A stretch of DNA of 64,000 nt from Octopus sinensis. Its lineage: Eukaryota. Below the pieces are notes generated by a model. That model did no database searches, was not told the origin of the DNA, and was given only the letters and a program-made list of their open reading frames with translations. The stretch is taken from NCBI RefSeq assembly GCF_006345805.1, contig NC_042999.1:80600001-80664000 (forward strand), given 5' to 3'. The first letter of the stretch is position 1; every line of letters starts with the position of its first letter. The position numbers were made by a program, and so were the translations under genes. Shown here piece after piece: positions 41,091 to 53,667 of the stretch.

Positions 41091-42903
41091 ACTGTCCAGT
41101 TCAGCTTGGTTACGTTTACAAAGAAGTTGAAAGTTGAGTCCAGTTTTTAATGAGGCAACAGACAAAAGGTCCGTATGCAATTTTCTTTATTGGTGATGCC
41201 AAAACATAAACAATTGTAATTTAAACGTAAGTTGCTAAGAATAGGATATACATTGTTTCCTTATTTCTCATCCGATTTGCTGGTGAGAGAAAATATGCTA
41301 AGTAGTTGCAACTCTATATTTTGATGATCATTAGCGGATAAAAGGAAGAGGTCATGCGTTAGTTTTGCTTTTACGCTACACTCAGTCTCATAATTTACTG
41401 AAACATATAGCTAAAATGACACCTACAAAGGCGTTGGGTTATACTAATTTTAATGTCAGAGCCACTAGGTATTGTCGATGCTACTAAACATAGTAAAATT
41501 CATCATTGCCTACGATCCGGAATTCTATGTTTCTCATGAACACAGGTTCTGTTTTATTAAAGAAATGATATGATTTTGTATGTTCTAGTTGTAGATGAAG
41601 TAATAATTACTAAGCATTTCGACGCTTGTAGTGAAAAGAAGTTATGAAGTAAAGAATTGCTGAGAATATCATGGGATGAATTAATCAGTGGCAAACGAAC
41701 GATTCTATTTGAAATTGTCACTGTAAAAAATAGCAGTGTAATGCATTCTTTGATATGTAAAGATATACACAAATGATATTGGAGACACACAAGCTTCAAG
41801 AAGTTAAATGCGTGTCATTAAGGTTAAACTCGAAGGGAACAAATGATGTAAGCACTTCCTAGTTTTCAAGTGGTACAGTATTTGACACAAATTAGAATTT
41901 ATATATATCGAATTTCGTATATCGAATATATCGCATTATTATACCGAATTGCAAGGTTCAAATTAGAAAACCGTTTTTAATGCATTAAAATGTTTGATGT
42001 TGCATGTATGTATGCATTTATGTATGTATGTGTGTGTATGCATGTATGTGTGAGAAAATAATTACTGAAAGACTTTGCTTGATTTTCAATCAAATATATC
42101 ACTAAATGAGTTGACAGCAAATACTTCATGTGGTTGAAGTACCTATATTCGTTGTAAACCTTGCTACAAAAGTCAGTCTGCATGAAGAAGTAACCCACAT
42201 AATTACAGGATAAGAAACTGTGCTAGCATCAGTTAAGCGTTGAAAACATTCATCTTTCCATATATATGGTGGCTAGTGGGTTCAAAAAGATTTGATTCTG
42301 ATTAGAACACTGCAATCTGTTTGCATACGGAGTCAGCAGTCACTAATACAATTGACTGATGTGAGAAATGAGCATCTTTCCTGTTTATACGCCGGTGGTT
42401 TGAAGACTTCGAAGCTCTTAAGGACATCTTTAGTGTTCTTCACGTCTCTAGGAAAGGAATGAGATGAGGGTTTGAGGTATACACACGGGTCAGAACGCTA
42501 TATCATTGACACGTATTTATCACACACACACATACACACACGCAAACACACAAAAGGAACTGGTATGTGAGCATCTAAACTACACTTTGTTATATTATAC
42601 AGTAGCTATACGTTGCTGTACTATACAGAAAAAGTCAACACACCGAGTATGCTTGGAGTTGTAAATCATTCTTAGAAGAATATTATCGAGCATAATCAAA
42701 CGAAATAACTCTAAAAGAAGCAAGTTTCCTTAAAGCAAAATTCAAGTTGAAACTTTAATGTGTAGTCTATAGCAGTACCATTTAGTATATATTATTTTAT
42801 TATAAGTTCCATTACACTAGATAATTATAGCATAATTATAGCATAGTTCCCCTTCCACCTCACTTTATTGATATAATTTAAATTCATAGCAATTTAATAT
42901 TAA

Positions 42904-42965
<62 letters not shown>

Positions 42966-44284
42966 TGACATAAATGTTTCTCCTCACTTTAAGATGAGAT
43001 ACACTACGCATAACCCTTACTATAAACCGTGTTAGTTAATTTCAATAATTATTATATGTTACAATCCTGATAACAGCTTCTCACTCTTATCCAAATTATA
43101 ATTATATAATTTTGGTAATCTGAATGTTATTAACCTCTTCGCTGAAATAATGAAACTCTGTCTACATTTTTGTCTCCATCTATTTACTTATTAAGTTTCC
43201 CTTTATGACAGTTATCTTTGATATCGAACCCGTACTTTTGCCTGCACAATTCATCCTGCTTTCTTACAGCTTAATATTTCACTTTATTCTTATCTATTTC
43301 CAAGAGAACTATTATAATTATAAAATCATTTCTTCACAAATGACTATATATCTTACATTTACCTTACTAACACAGCGATTAACCTCACACCTTTTATATG
43401 TATATTATGTAATGTCCCTTAATTTCCGAAAAGGTTCCTTCATACAGCAATATTCCCTAAAGACACGTAAAGGAAGCTAACATACCTTGCTTCCGTGCCA
43501 TCAAAAAATTCATCTAGAAAGATATCGTTTCCTGTAGTCTATTTTCTGAGACTTCAATTTCTGAAGCACCCTAGTGCTTTAAACATAATACACCCCTGAA
43601 ATGGCCATAGGGATAAGTAAAAAATGATTTCCTTCTTATATATAAGGCTTATTTTACCTGATTAAGATTTCTAAACGATGAACCTTATTTACTTTATTTA
43701 CACGATATATATATATATATATTATATTTTTATATGCTCCTATATGTATATATATTTATATATGTTTTATATATTTTTATATGCCTATATTTTTATATAC
43801 CTATATATTTTTATATATTACTTATATTATATTTTACTTTCTAAGTCCTTTTATAAATGTATTCTCTTTGAATCGCTAGAATATTAATTCTAAGTTTTAA
43901 TGATAAGAATTTTTCTCGCACCATACCATATTATTATTATTATTATGTGCTGTATATATGAAATTTGTTCCATCTTGCGGGTTATATGTTTATTCTATAA
44001 TTAAATGTTCGAATTATGAAATGACATGCGGTTGACTTTGTATTTGCTTGTTCAATGATTTTAGTTTGATATATATATATATATATATATACAAATGCAG
44101 ATGGTTGAGTTCGCAGGGATGTATTATCCGGATGGATACCGTATTACTTCTCAGTTAAGTCGCAGTTAACGGCTAACCTCAACGATCAGAATCTAAAGTC
44201 TATGATTAAAATTAGTTGTTAGTCGCTTCCGCTGGACGGTAAACATTGTTTGAAATAAATATTAATATTAATCATTCTTTCTAC

Positions 44285-44480
44285 TAAAGGCAGAAAGCCT
44301 GAAATTTTTTTTGAGGTGTGGGGGCGGGGGGCTAGTCGATTTCATGGAGCCCAGGGTTTCACTGGTACTTAATTTATAGACCCCGAAAGGATGAAAGACA
44401 ATGTGGACCCCGGTAGCAAGACACGAAATACCGCTAAACATAATGCCCAGTGCGCTAACAATTCTGCCAGCTCACCGTCT
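44285..44480 (-). mobile_element. Nin-domain SINE copy, internally deleted
   Basis: actggtacttaatttatagaccccgaaaggatgaaag..gtgcgctaacaattctgccagctcaccgtct. Confidence 0.75.
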
Positions 44481-44719
44481 AAAGAATATGGAGTCTAATA
44501 CTTTTCCTATAGTTGTATACAGCATATTATAATGACCTACACATGTTTCTGCTGCAGCAACTACCCACAGTTGCAAATGCAAATTTTCAATATTGTCGGT
44601 GCAGCTTCATCAGGGCCCGGTGCATTTGATCATCATCGAACTGAACTGATTGAAGTGTAGATCATTATAATACGTTGTATATAATTATTTAAAATACATT
44701 TTGTGGATGAAAAGGTAAC

Positions 44720-44770
<51 letters not shown>

Positions 44771-45430
44771 CATTATTATTATTATTATTGTTATTATTAT
44801 TATTATATATAAGGGAGGGAGTTCAGATATCGACTCACAAATGATGCCAAAAAATAGGCTATATGGCCTATCATATACAGATTTGCTAGTAAAACATGTT
44901 TTGCCAATAAATGTAAAATATTTCATAAAATAATATAATTCATATGAATCTTTGAAGATAATTTTTTTTCATTTTGTATCTTTTTCAATATTAAAATTTG
45001 TTTGTTATTTTGTAATTCATTTTGGATTAAACATGATAATATTCATCCATTTCGTTTTATCTCCGTTCTATCGATGAATCAATCAATGATTTCCTTTAGA
45101 ACAGACGCACATATATAAATGTACATAACAGAGTAATAATAAAATAAATATTGATATAGTGTTATGTAACCTGTATATTAGAAAATACTAGATTAATTTC
45201 TCTTGTTTTGTTCGCTTCATTAATTCCGTTTCATTCATTAATCCTAACACTTCACTCATTTTAAATTTTCAAGCTCCTTCAATTTCTTTTTCCCTCACTC
45301 ACATTTTATATACTTAGTTCTCTTCCTCTCTCTCTCTATCTATGAATATACCCATATGTATCTATCTATATGTATGTATATATGTATGTATGTATAGCTA
45401 AATTGATAAATATATCTGCATGCACACACT

Positions 45431-45464
<34 letters not shown>

Positions 45465-45599
45465 CACACACACACACAAGCATATTATGTGTCTAAATGT
45501 TGACTGTGTATCTGTGTGTTTGCGAGTGTTTATGTATGTGTGTGTATGTGTGTGTGCGTGTGTTTGTTTGTGTGTAGCCATCCATACATAGATCTACCT

Positions 45600-45900
45600 A
45601 TCATCTCAGCTAGAGTCATCACACACATCCTAAATTGGGTGATATCAGAATCAAATGGCATTAAATTCTCCGGCTGCATTTCCAAGAACGACCAACTGAG
45701 ATTATGGATGTTATCAAACCATCTTGTCTTTTGTCTATCCCTAGCTTTCCTGCCGATTGGCTCACATTGAAGAATCAGTCATGCGGATTCTTTTCTTTGA
45801 TTTCTCAATGGAGGAAATGTGGATTGTGTCCTTGAGAAATGCATTCTATTTAAATCTGCTCCAGTCTCATCGTTTCTAAATGAATACTAGACAAGATTTG
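45600..45900 (-). mobile_element. RTE-like LINE 3' fragment, decayed
   Basis: Minus strand reads LILQCEPIGRKARDRQKTRWFDNIHNLSWSFLEMQPENL, resembling the RTE C-terminal GKRxRGRPxxRW motif. Confidence 0.55.
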
Positions 45901-46446
45901 GTGCTGGTTTATCTCCCTCGAGGTGTCATATCTTCGATCTTTTATTGATTCTACTATGGAAGAATCTACAGTGAGTCTGTGTCTACTTACGGCGATGTAA
46001 ATTCTTAAATAAATACTGGAAGCATGGCATTATTTACCTGGATATATTGGTGGTAATGGTGTTTATGCACATACAAACATACATACATGGATGTATGCAT
46101 AAATACACACACAAACACATGCAAACACACACACATACAAACGTACACACGCATTTGCACGCACACACACGTACACATACATAATACATATGTCACAAAA
46201 CCCAAGAGGTCGGCGAGATCTATGTGACCCAGGAAGGAAGTTTAACCTTTTCTTTATTCCTATATATATAAATGCATGCATATATAAAAGTGTATACACA
46301 CATATATATATAAATTGCTACGTTTAAGCACACACACACATACACAAACGCGCGCATAAACCTATATACATATGGTGTTTGGATTTATTTATGCACGCCA
46401 CCACACAAAGAAGAGGAGTAGGAACGAACAAAACGATATAAAATAT

Positions 46447-46885
46447 ACTTTCCTACTCTAGGTACAAGGCCCGAAATCTTTTGGGGTAGGGTGCCAGTCG
46501 ATTAGATCGACCTCCCCTCTACGCAATTGGTATTTAATTTATCGACCCAGAAAGGATGAAAGGCAAAGTCGATCCTGGCGGAATTTGAACTCAAAACCTA
46601 AAGACAGACAAAATACCGCTAAGCATTTCGCCTGGTGTGCTAACGTTTCTTATTTCTTTACTACCCTCGAGGGGCTACACACAGAGAAGACAAACAAGGA
46701 CAGACAAACGGATTAAGTCGATTATATCGACCCCAGTGTTTCACTGGTAATTAATTTATCGACCCCAAAAGGATGAAGGTCAAAGTCGACCTCGTCGAAA
46801 TTTGAACTCAGAATGTAGCAGCAGACGAAATACCGCTAAGCATTTCACCCGGCGCGCTAACGTTTCTGCCAGCTCACCGCCTTAA
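46447..46885 (-). mobile_element. Two tandem Nin-domain SINE copies
   Basis: Repeated atttatcgaccc..aaaggatgaa..aaagtcga..gaatttgaactca; second head ggcgcgctaacgtttctgccagctcaccgcct. Confidence 0.85.
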
Positions 46886-46904
46886 GATATATACAGAGAA
46901 AGAT

Positions 46905-46958
<54 letters not shown>

Positions 46959-47757
46959 GTTTATGTATGTATATATAATATATACACACACCAATACATA
47001 TACGCAGATACGATTATTTTCCTTTGCTATTGTGCTTGCATATATCTCTGTCGATTTTACTCTCTCTCACACACTCACACTCTCACTCTGTCACATCCAC
47101 ACACTAATATTCCTGATTCTTCATTGGAAGAACTATGAACGAGTCTAATTTAGAGACGCTCATTTGAAAATTTCAACAACAAACGTTCATAGTGGTATAA
47201 AGCTGCTAATTATAAACCGTTGAAATGTTGGCATATTTTAAAGAAATCAATCATATATCGTTGTCTGTTTGACAGGTTATTAAACAAAATTGCGATTGTT
47301 TTGTGTTTTACCTGTAAACTCATTATATTTTTGTTATATACCTGTACAATTTTATTACATTTAAAGATATCTGCTTCAAATCCTATACTATGGAGTAAGT
47401 ATCTTGGTTGTATTCTACATAATATAATCTTCATTGACTTTGAATCACTTTGTACTTGTGCTTCGTGATTCGATTTCTGAAAATTAATATTTCACTAAAG
47501 AGAAAATGCTCTCTTCCGTAAATATATATATATATATATATATATATACGTGTTCGGTATATGTGCATAGAAAACTGAAAGGAATGTGGGCGTCATAGAC
47601 GTGTTTTCAGTTGTTTGTGCATTGTGCATTAGACTTATACAAACTTATGAAGTACGTGTATACACAGACACATATGCATACGCACACAAACGTAATTATA
47701 TGTATGTGCTCGAATGAGTTTCATTTCTGTGTATGTATTTATATATATATATATATC

Positions 47758-47978
47758 TTTACTACCCACAAGGGGCTACACACAGAGGGGACAAACAAGG
47801 ACAGACAAACGGATTAAGTCGATTATATCGACCCCAATGCGCAACTGGCACTTAATTTATCGACCCCGAGAGGATGAAAGGCTAAGTCGACCTCGGCGGA
47901 ATTTGAACCCATGACGTGGCGGCAGACGAAATACGGCTACGCATTTCGCCCGGCGTGCTAACGATTCTACCAGCTCAT
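47758..47978 (-). mobile_element. Nin-domain SINE copy
   Basis: ttactacccacaaggggcta..gtcgacctcggcggaatttgaaccc..cccggcgtgctaacgattctaccagctc. Confidence 0.85.
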
Positions 47979-48038
47979 ATACATATATATATATATATAT
48001 ATATAGATATGAGCTGGTAGAACGTTTTAGCACGCCGG

Positions 48039-48814
48039 GCTACTATCATGGCACCCCACATTCTTCTTCTTCTTCTTCTCTCTTCTTCTTCTTCTTCTTC
48101 TTTTCTTCTCCTTCTTCTTCTTCTTTTCTTCTCTTCATCTTCTCTTCTTCTTCTTCTCTTCTTCTTCTTCTTCTTCTTCTTCTACTTTCTTTCTTCACTT
48201 CTTTCTTACTTTTTCTTCGTCTTCTTCTTCTTCTTCTTCTTCTTCTCTTCTCTTCCCACCTACCCCCATAATTCAACAACCGACCTCGATCCCACAAGAT
48301 AACCTGAGAGCAGATACAGGCGAAACCAGAAAATGCACCTTGTATTTGAGTATTATGCAAATATGCTTTGAAAGGTTTCTTTAACTGTTTCCCGTCTATA
48401 TATATTATATATATATATATATATATAATATAATAATATATATATATATATATTATATCTATAGGATAGGATAATGGGAAAAAAGTTTAAAAGAAAACCT
48501 TTTCAAAAGCATATTTGCATAATACTCAAATACAGAGGTCAATTTTTCTGTTTCGCCTGTCTCTGTCTCTCCTTTTACTCGTGTGGATCGAAGGTCGTGT
48601 GAATTCTGTAGGTGAGAAGAAGAGAAGAAGAAGAAGAAGAAAAGAAGAGAAGAAGAAAAGAAGAAGGAGAGAGGAGAATAGAAGAAGAAGAAGAAAGAAG
48701 GGAAAAGAACAGAAGAAGAAGAAGAAGAAGAAGGAGAAGAAGAAGAAGAAGAAGAGAAGAAAAGAAGAAGAAGAAGAAGAAAAGAAGAAGATGTGGGAGT
48801 GCCATGATAGTAGC
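48039..48814. repeat. Inverted duplication (~350-bp arms with (TTC)n/(GAA)n) centred on a (TA)n tract
   Basis: Outer ends gctactatcatggc / gccatgatagtagc. Both arms encode MHNTQIQ on opposite strands. Differences are mostly homopolymer indels. Confidence 0.85.
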
Positions 48815-49203
48815 ATGTTAAATGGTCACAAGCCTCCCTGTGGATGGTAGTAGAATGGTCAACTGACCCGCTGTGGATGGTAGTAGTAATTGTCGAATTC
48901 CTGATACATCTCTTTTAATTGTTTTGTTTATAAAATTTGCGTAGGTGTTATTCTAAACAGCAATAGTGGTAAAGTGAAGGAAGTTGAAGAAGCAAAGAAG
49001 AAGAAGAGAAAGGAGAATAAGAAGAAATGTAAGTAGTATGAAAGTAGTAAGGTGGCGGATAGTCAAGAGATTTAAAGTTTGCTCGTTATTGATTATAGCA
49101 ATGAGTAGGACGGTTTTTTAATGAATTCTTGTGAATCTCTTGAGTATATCATTTTTAATATTTCCGTGTGTATGTGTGTTATTCTAAGGCGTATATATAT
49201 ATG

Positions 49204-49242
<39 letters not shown>

Positions 49243-49444
49243 CTTGTACTTGTTTTTTCGTTGTTAAAAAAATTGTCCGTTCCATGCTGGTTTTACATTT
49301 TCGTTTCTCGTTGAGTTCTCCGTCTATTTGTGGTGTCCTGTACACACGTATATATATTTATGTATGCATGTATATATACATGTAGATGTAAGTACGTACA
49401 TATATGTTTGTATGTATGCATTCTATTTTATTATTACACATATA

Positions 49445-49494
<50 letters not shown>

Positions 49495-49680
49495 GGGAGA
49501 GTTTACAAAAAAAAAATAAGACGAAGACAGGTGGTGTACAAAACAAACAGATGTTAGTATAACGTTCAGAATAGAAAAAAGTATTTTACGTTTCGAGCCT
49601 ACCTCTTCTACAGAAAGGGACACAGAAAAAAACAAGAGAGAAAAAAATGTGTGTAGTCGCTAACGATCTATCATGGCTGT
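49495..49680 (-). mobile_element. Short (TA)n-flanked element with degenerate hammerhead-like motif (family E)
   Basis: Minus 49584-49616: ttt-CTGTAGA-a-gag gtagg ctc-GAAA-cgt-a-aaa (A6 to U). Confidence 0.45.
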
Positions 49681-49852
49681 ATGTATATATATATTATAAT
49701 ATATATATATCTATATATAGTATATATATATATTATATAGATATATATATATATATATATAATATATATCAGGTGGTGCTATTAAGTTAGACATGGCCTG
49801 GACCAATCTTTGGTCGAAACATATCTAAGCTTATCTAAGTTTATATATATAT

Positions 49853-50045
49853 ATAGTTAATCCAAACAAGAAAACACCAAAAAACACAACAACGCGAGGA
49901 CGTGGAACAAATAAAGTATTATTGGACGCTCAGGAAAGTAGGGAAGAAGGAGGGTTTAACGTTTCGAGCGGAGCTCTTCGTCGGAAAGATCCCGAGAAGG
50001 GAAGACAGAGGAAAAAAATCGCCAGTGGTACTCACGAGGTCACAT
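49853..50045 (-). mobile_element. Family C hammerhead-motif element, copy 3
   Basis: Minus 49954-49988: ttt-CCGACGA-a-gagc tcc gctc-GAAA-cgt-t-aaa. Confidence 0.65.
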
Positions 50046-50207
50046 TCCTCAACACTTACAAAGCGATTTTGTTTCATCAAAGTTTGCAGGACGTCCTCGA
50101 CGAGCTCCACTGATCTTCCAGGACGGAGCTTGTCTTCTAGGCTGTAGTTTTCGGCTCGGAATTTCCGGAATCACTGTCTAACACTGGTTTTCGCTACTTG
50201 TCCGATC

Positions 50208-50213
<6 letters not shown>
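50045..50213 (-). mobile_element. Duplicated mariner N-terminal fragment (same as 51184-51353)
   Basis: Near-identical ~170 bp encoding YGDRTSSENQC..FRKFRAENYSLEDKLRPGRSVEL. Confidence 0.8.
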
Positions 50214-50263
<50 letters not shown>

Positions 50264-50291
50264 ATATTATATATATATATATATATAAATA

Positions 50292-50684
50292 CAGAGGGTG
50301 GGTGAAAGTATGTAGGCATTCAAAATTGATGATAAAATCCATATTCCTTTTATAATTTTTTTGAAACAAATGACACATGTTCTTTATTACGTGGCAAAAT
50401 GAAAGTAAATTTTCGTATTTCAACGTAAGCACAGGTGGCGTCAACCAGTTTCCTCAAACGGCCAGGGACGGAATGAACACCCTTTTGAAGGAGGTCATCT
50501 GGGATATCATTGTGAATCTCCTGAATCTGTGTCTGCTAGTCCTCCAGTGTGTGATATGTATTATAAAATCCCAGCCTCCTCACTCCAGAGGATGTTTTCA
50601 AATAATTCATTCTGATCAGCATACCAACCTTACATTAACTCCCCATATTCCATTCTGCGGTCGCAGTCTTCAGGTTTTTAGCTC

Positions 50685-50685
<1 letters not shown>
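50292..50685 (-). mobile_element. Internally deleted rosa/maT-like Tc1/mariner relic
   Basis: Terminus TA|cagagggtg. Minus strand EDCDRRMEYGELM*GWYADQNELFENILWSEEA is joined to HTLED*QTQIQEIHNDIPDDLLQKGVHSVPGRLRKLVDATCAYVEI. Confidence 0.7.
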
Positions 50686-50731
<46 letters not shown>

Positions 50732-50799
50732 CACACACACACACACATACACACACATACAAACACACACATATATATATTTATGCTGGGGGACAAACG

Positions 50800-50975
50800 C
50801 ACAGACAAAAACACACAAGTAAATACACACACACATTCTTTACTCTTTCATTCTTTTACTTGCTTCAGTAATTTAGTCCTGGCCATGTTGGAGCACTGCC
50901 TTGAAGGTTTTTTTTTTTTATTCGAGCAATTCGGCACTAGGACTTATTTTTAAAGTCTAGTACTTATTCTATCTT
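50800..50975 (-). mobile_element. 3' fragment of SINE family B
   Basis: ggccatgttggagcactgcc..ggacttattttt..tagtacttattctatc. Confidence 0.65.
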
Positions 50976-51019
50976 TCGCTACCCATTGTCATCACCAGTC
51001 ACTATTCTATACAAAATAT

Positions 51020-51603
51020 TTCATTCGTGACACGTGATAGCAAAGAAGAGCACACGTTCACTCTCTGCGCGAGATTGAATTCGAAAATTTCTGAGGGACC
51101 CGTTGAACCAATTTTCTCACTTTTCAGATGGCACGCAGGTATCGATGAATGGTTGAATGACCAAATCCAATCTTCCCAGCTAGTTCCTCAACACTTACAA
51201 AGCGATTTTGTTTCACCAAAGTTTGTAGGACGTCCTCGACGAGCTCCACTGATCTTCCAGGACGGAGCTTGTCTTCTAGGCTGTAGTTTTCGGCTCGGAA
51301 TTTCCGGAATCACTGTCTAACACTGGTTTTCGCTACTTGTCCGATCGCCATATACTGCATCAATATTCCACGCACTTTCCATTGCGTTGTGGTTTTTATT
51401 GAATATGCTCCTTTGTCATTTCCATTATAGCTTTTAAAAAATAACTGTTAAAATCGAAGTGCACTCTTCAAAACTTGCACTAAAATAACAAGCTAAAATT
51501 ACTACCTGCTTTTATAGCAAGTTGATGCGGGTAATTTATCCTGTCTCTCTCCGAAGTTTAGTTCATGCAATTGAAAAAACCACATTAGTTCACTTTTCCA
51601 CAT
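51020..51603 (-). mobile_element. 5' half of a third mariner family, decayed
   Basis: MEMTKEHI..FRKFRAENYSLEDKLRPGRSVELVEDVLQTLVKQNRFVSVEELAGKIGFGHSTIHRYLRAI*KVRKLVQRVPQ; TIR-like end near 51603. Confidence 0.8.
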
Positions 51604-51790
51604 ATACATACAGACACATATATGTGCATATATAAGTATATACATATATGCGCACACATAAACATACACTTGCCTACACATACGTATATGCATATATATG
51701 TTTATTTAAACATCTCTATACGTTCCGACGGAGTTATTTCATGAGGTATGTCGAGTTTTTAACCATAAGAGGACATATATATATATACAT

Positions 51791-51841
<51 letters not shown>

Positions 51842-51869
51842 GCGAGAAAGAAGCAACAAGATGGATAGG

Positions 51870-51961
51870 TTTTTAGTACGATCGTTTCATACAAGGACAG
51901 GTTTTATTAAAAGTTGCAAAGATTACAGCATATAAACGAGTCCCGTACTCATCAGCTAAAA
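51870..51961 (-). ncRNA. Type I hammerhead ribozyme motif (family D, minus copy), core intact
   Basis: Minus strand: ttttag-CTGATGA-gtacgggac..gtccttgtat-GAAA-cgatcg-T-A-ctaaaa. Confidence 0.8.
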
Positions 51962-52282
51962 TACATGTAAGTTCTCTGGAAATTTACATCTACACCATTG
52001 GAATCTGTGCATATATACAAAGGATTAATTCACCCTCTCTGTAATGCTAATAACAATGGATAAATTTGTCTTCTGTGAGTATATAATCCCTCATCATATC
52101 TATGGAAATTCATATGGATTAGGTCACCTTCTTGTGAGCTATCAAAACTTTTTTAAAATTCTGTGATAGGACTATACATCATCTTTAAGGAACTTTAATG
52201 AACTTTAGAAATCTGTTTAATTATCTACATTACTTCATGAGTATAGCCTCAAACACTAGGATGTCTAGAGAACTTACATGTA

Positions 52283-52372
52283 TTTTAGCTGATGAGTACG
52301 GGACTCGTTTATATGCTGTAATCTTTGCAACTTTTAATAAAACCTGTCCTGTATGAAACGATCGTACTAAAA
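52283..52372 (+). ncRNA. Type I hammerhead ribozyme motif (family D, plus copy), core intact
   Basis: Stem I ttttag/ctaaaa; CTGATGA 52289-52295; 9-bp stem II gtacgggac/gtcctgtat with further extension; GAAA 52355-52358; palindromic stem III ACGATCGT; GUA cleavage after 52366. Confidence 0.82.
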
Positions 52373-52539
52373 ACCTATCCATTCTTGTTGCTTCTTTCTC
52401 GCTTATAATCACCCCACATTACTGTATTGTTAAATCAGTATTGTTTTTTTTGGTGCATCTAAGTTAGGTACCATATTCAAGTAAATTTTTTAAATTAACT
52501 TGAATCTTTATTGCTCTTTGTATATATATATATATATAT

Positions 52540-52852
52540 TGCAAGCAGAAGCGAGTCACTGCCATCTCTGCCAGACGAAGTGTCCCGTACTGAAGTTAGT
52601 CAGAACTAGTCGGAAACCAAGATGGTCTGCCAGTCCTGTTGCTAGATGTGAGTAGAGGTCTGCTTCCCCGCTTGTAATATCTCGGATGCAGGTGTGCATC
52701 GTTAACCAGCTAGAGGAGATGTCCTTTATGGGTTAAGAAATCGCAGTAAAGTCCGTTCGAAAGGAGAGGCATGATGAAGAGGCTACGAACATTACTTGTT
52801 AGTACAAATATTGCGTTGATCTCTTAGAGAGATGTTAGAACTAGCATTTTTG

Positions 52853-52858
<6 letters not shown>
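52540..52858. mobile_element. Possible solo LTR inserted in (TA)n
   Basis: GC-richer ~320-bp block between two (TA)n tracts with ends tgcaagc..gcttata (approximately TGTAAGC..GCTTACA). Pattern only. Confidence 0.3.
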
Positions 52859-52926
<68 letters not shown>

Positions 52927-52994
52927 ATGTGTGTGTGTTGTGTGTGTGTGTGTGTGTGTGTATGTTATCCTTTACATCTTTTAGACATTAGACA

Positions 52995-53362
52995 TCGGCC
53001 ATGGTGTGGCGCCAACGTGATATTTTTCAGTCGAATAAATCGACACCCCAAAAAATGTTATGCCTGATACTTATTCTGTCGTACTTTGCCGAACCACTAA
53101 GCTACAGGACGTAATCGTAACAACACCGGTTGTTAAGCGTAGTGGGGGACAAGCACAGACACAAAGACACCCACATACACATATGTATATACATACCACG
53201 AGCTTCTTTCAATTTCCGTCTACCAAATCCACTCACAAGGCTTTGATCAGGTTGAAGCTATAGCAAAAGTCTTTTGCCCAAGGTATCATGCAAAGGACTG
53301 AATCCGAAACCATGTGTTTCGGAAGCAAATTCCTTAATACACAGCCAGGCCTGCGCCTATCC
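52995..53362 (-). mobile_element. Diverged SINE family B
   Basis: ttcaatttccgtctaccaaatccactcacaaggc..ttgcccaagg..aaccatgtg..acacagcca. Confidence 0.8.
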
Positions 53363-53392
53363 ATAAATGTATTTACTATCTATCTGTCTGTA

Positions 53393-53487
<95 letters not shown>

Positions 53488-53623
53488 GTGTGTCTCTCTC
53501 TCTTTTTCTCTGTATATATACACACTCACACATTTATATATGGCATATGTGGGTGCTTACATGTACAGTAGAATTAAAGCATGAAGTGGAAAATAAATGT
53601 TATCGGTTTGGAGATGCGTATTG

Positions 53624-53667
<44 letters not shown>

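Noticed and set aside
48300-48335. ctgaga..gcgaaac hammerhead-like string
   Set aside because: Core lacks N7, stem II is only 2 bp and stems I and III are absent.
50645-50675. Minus-strand CTGAAGA followed by a ctgc/gcag hairpin
   Set aside because: No GAAA follows and it lies within transposase-coding sequence (EDCDRR); coincidental.
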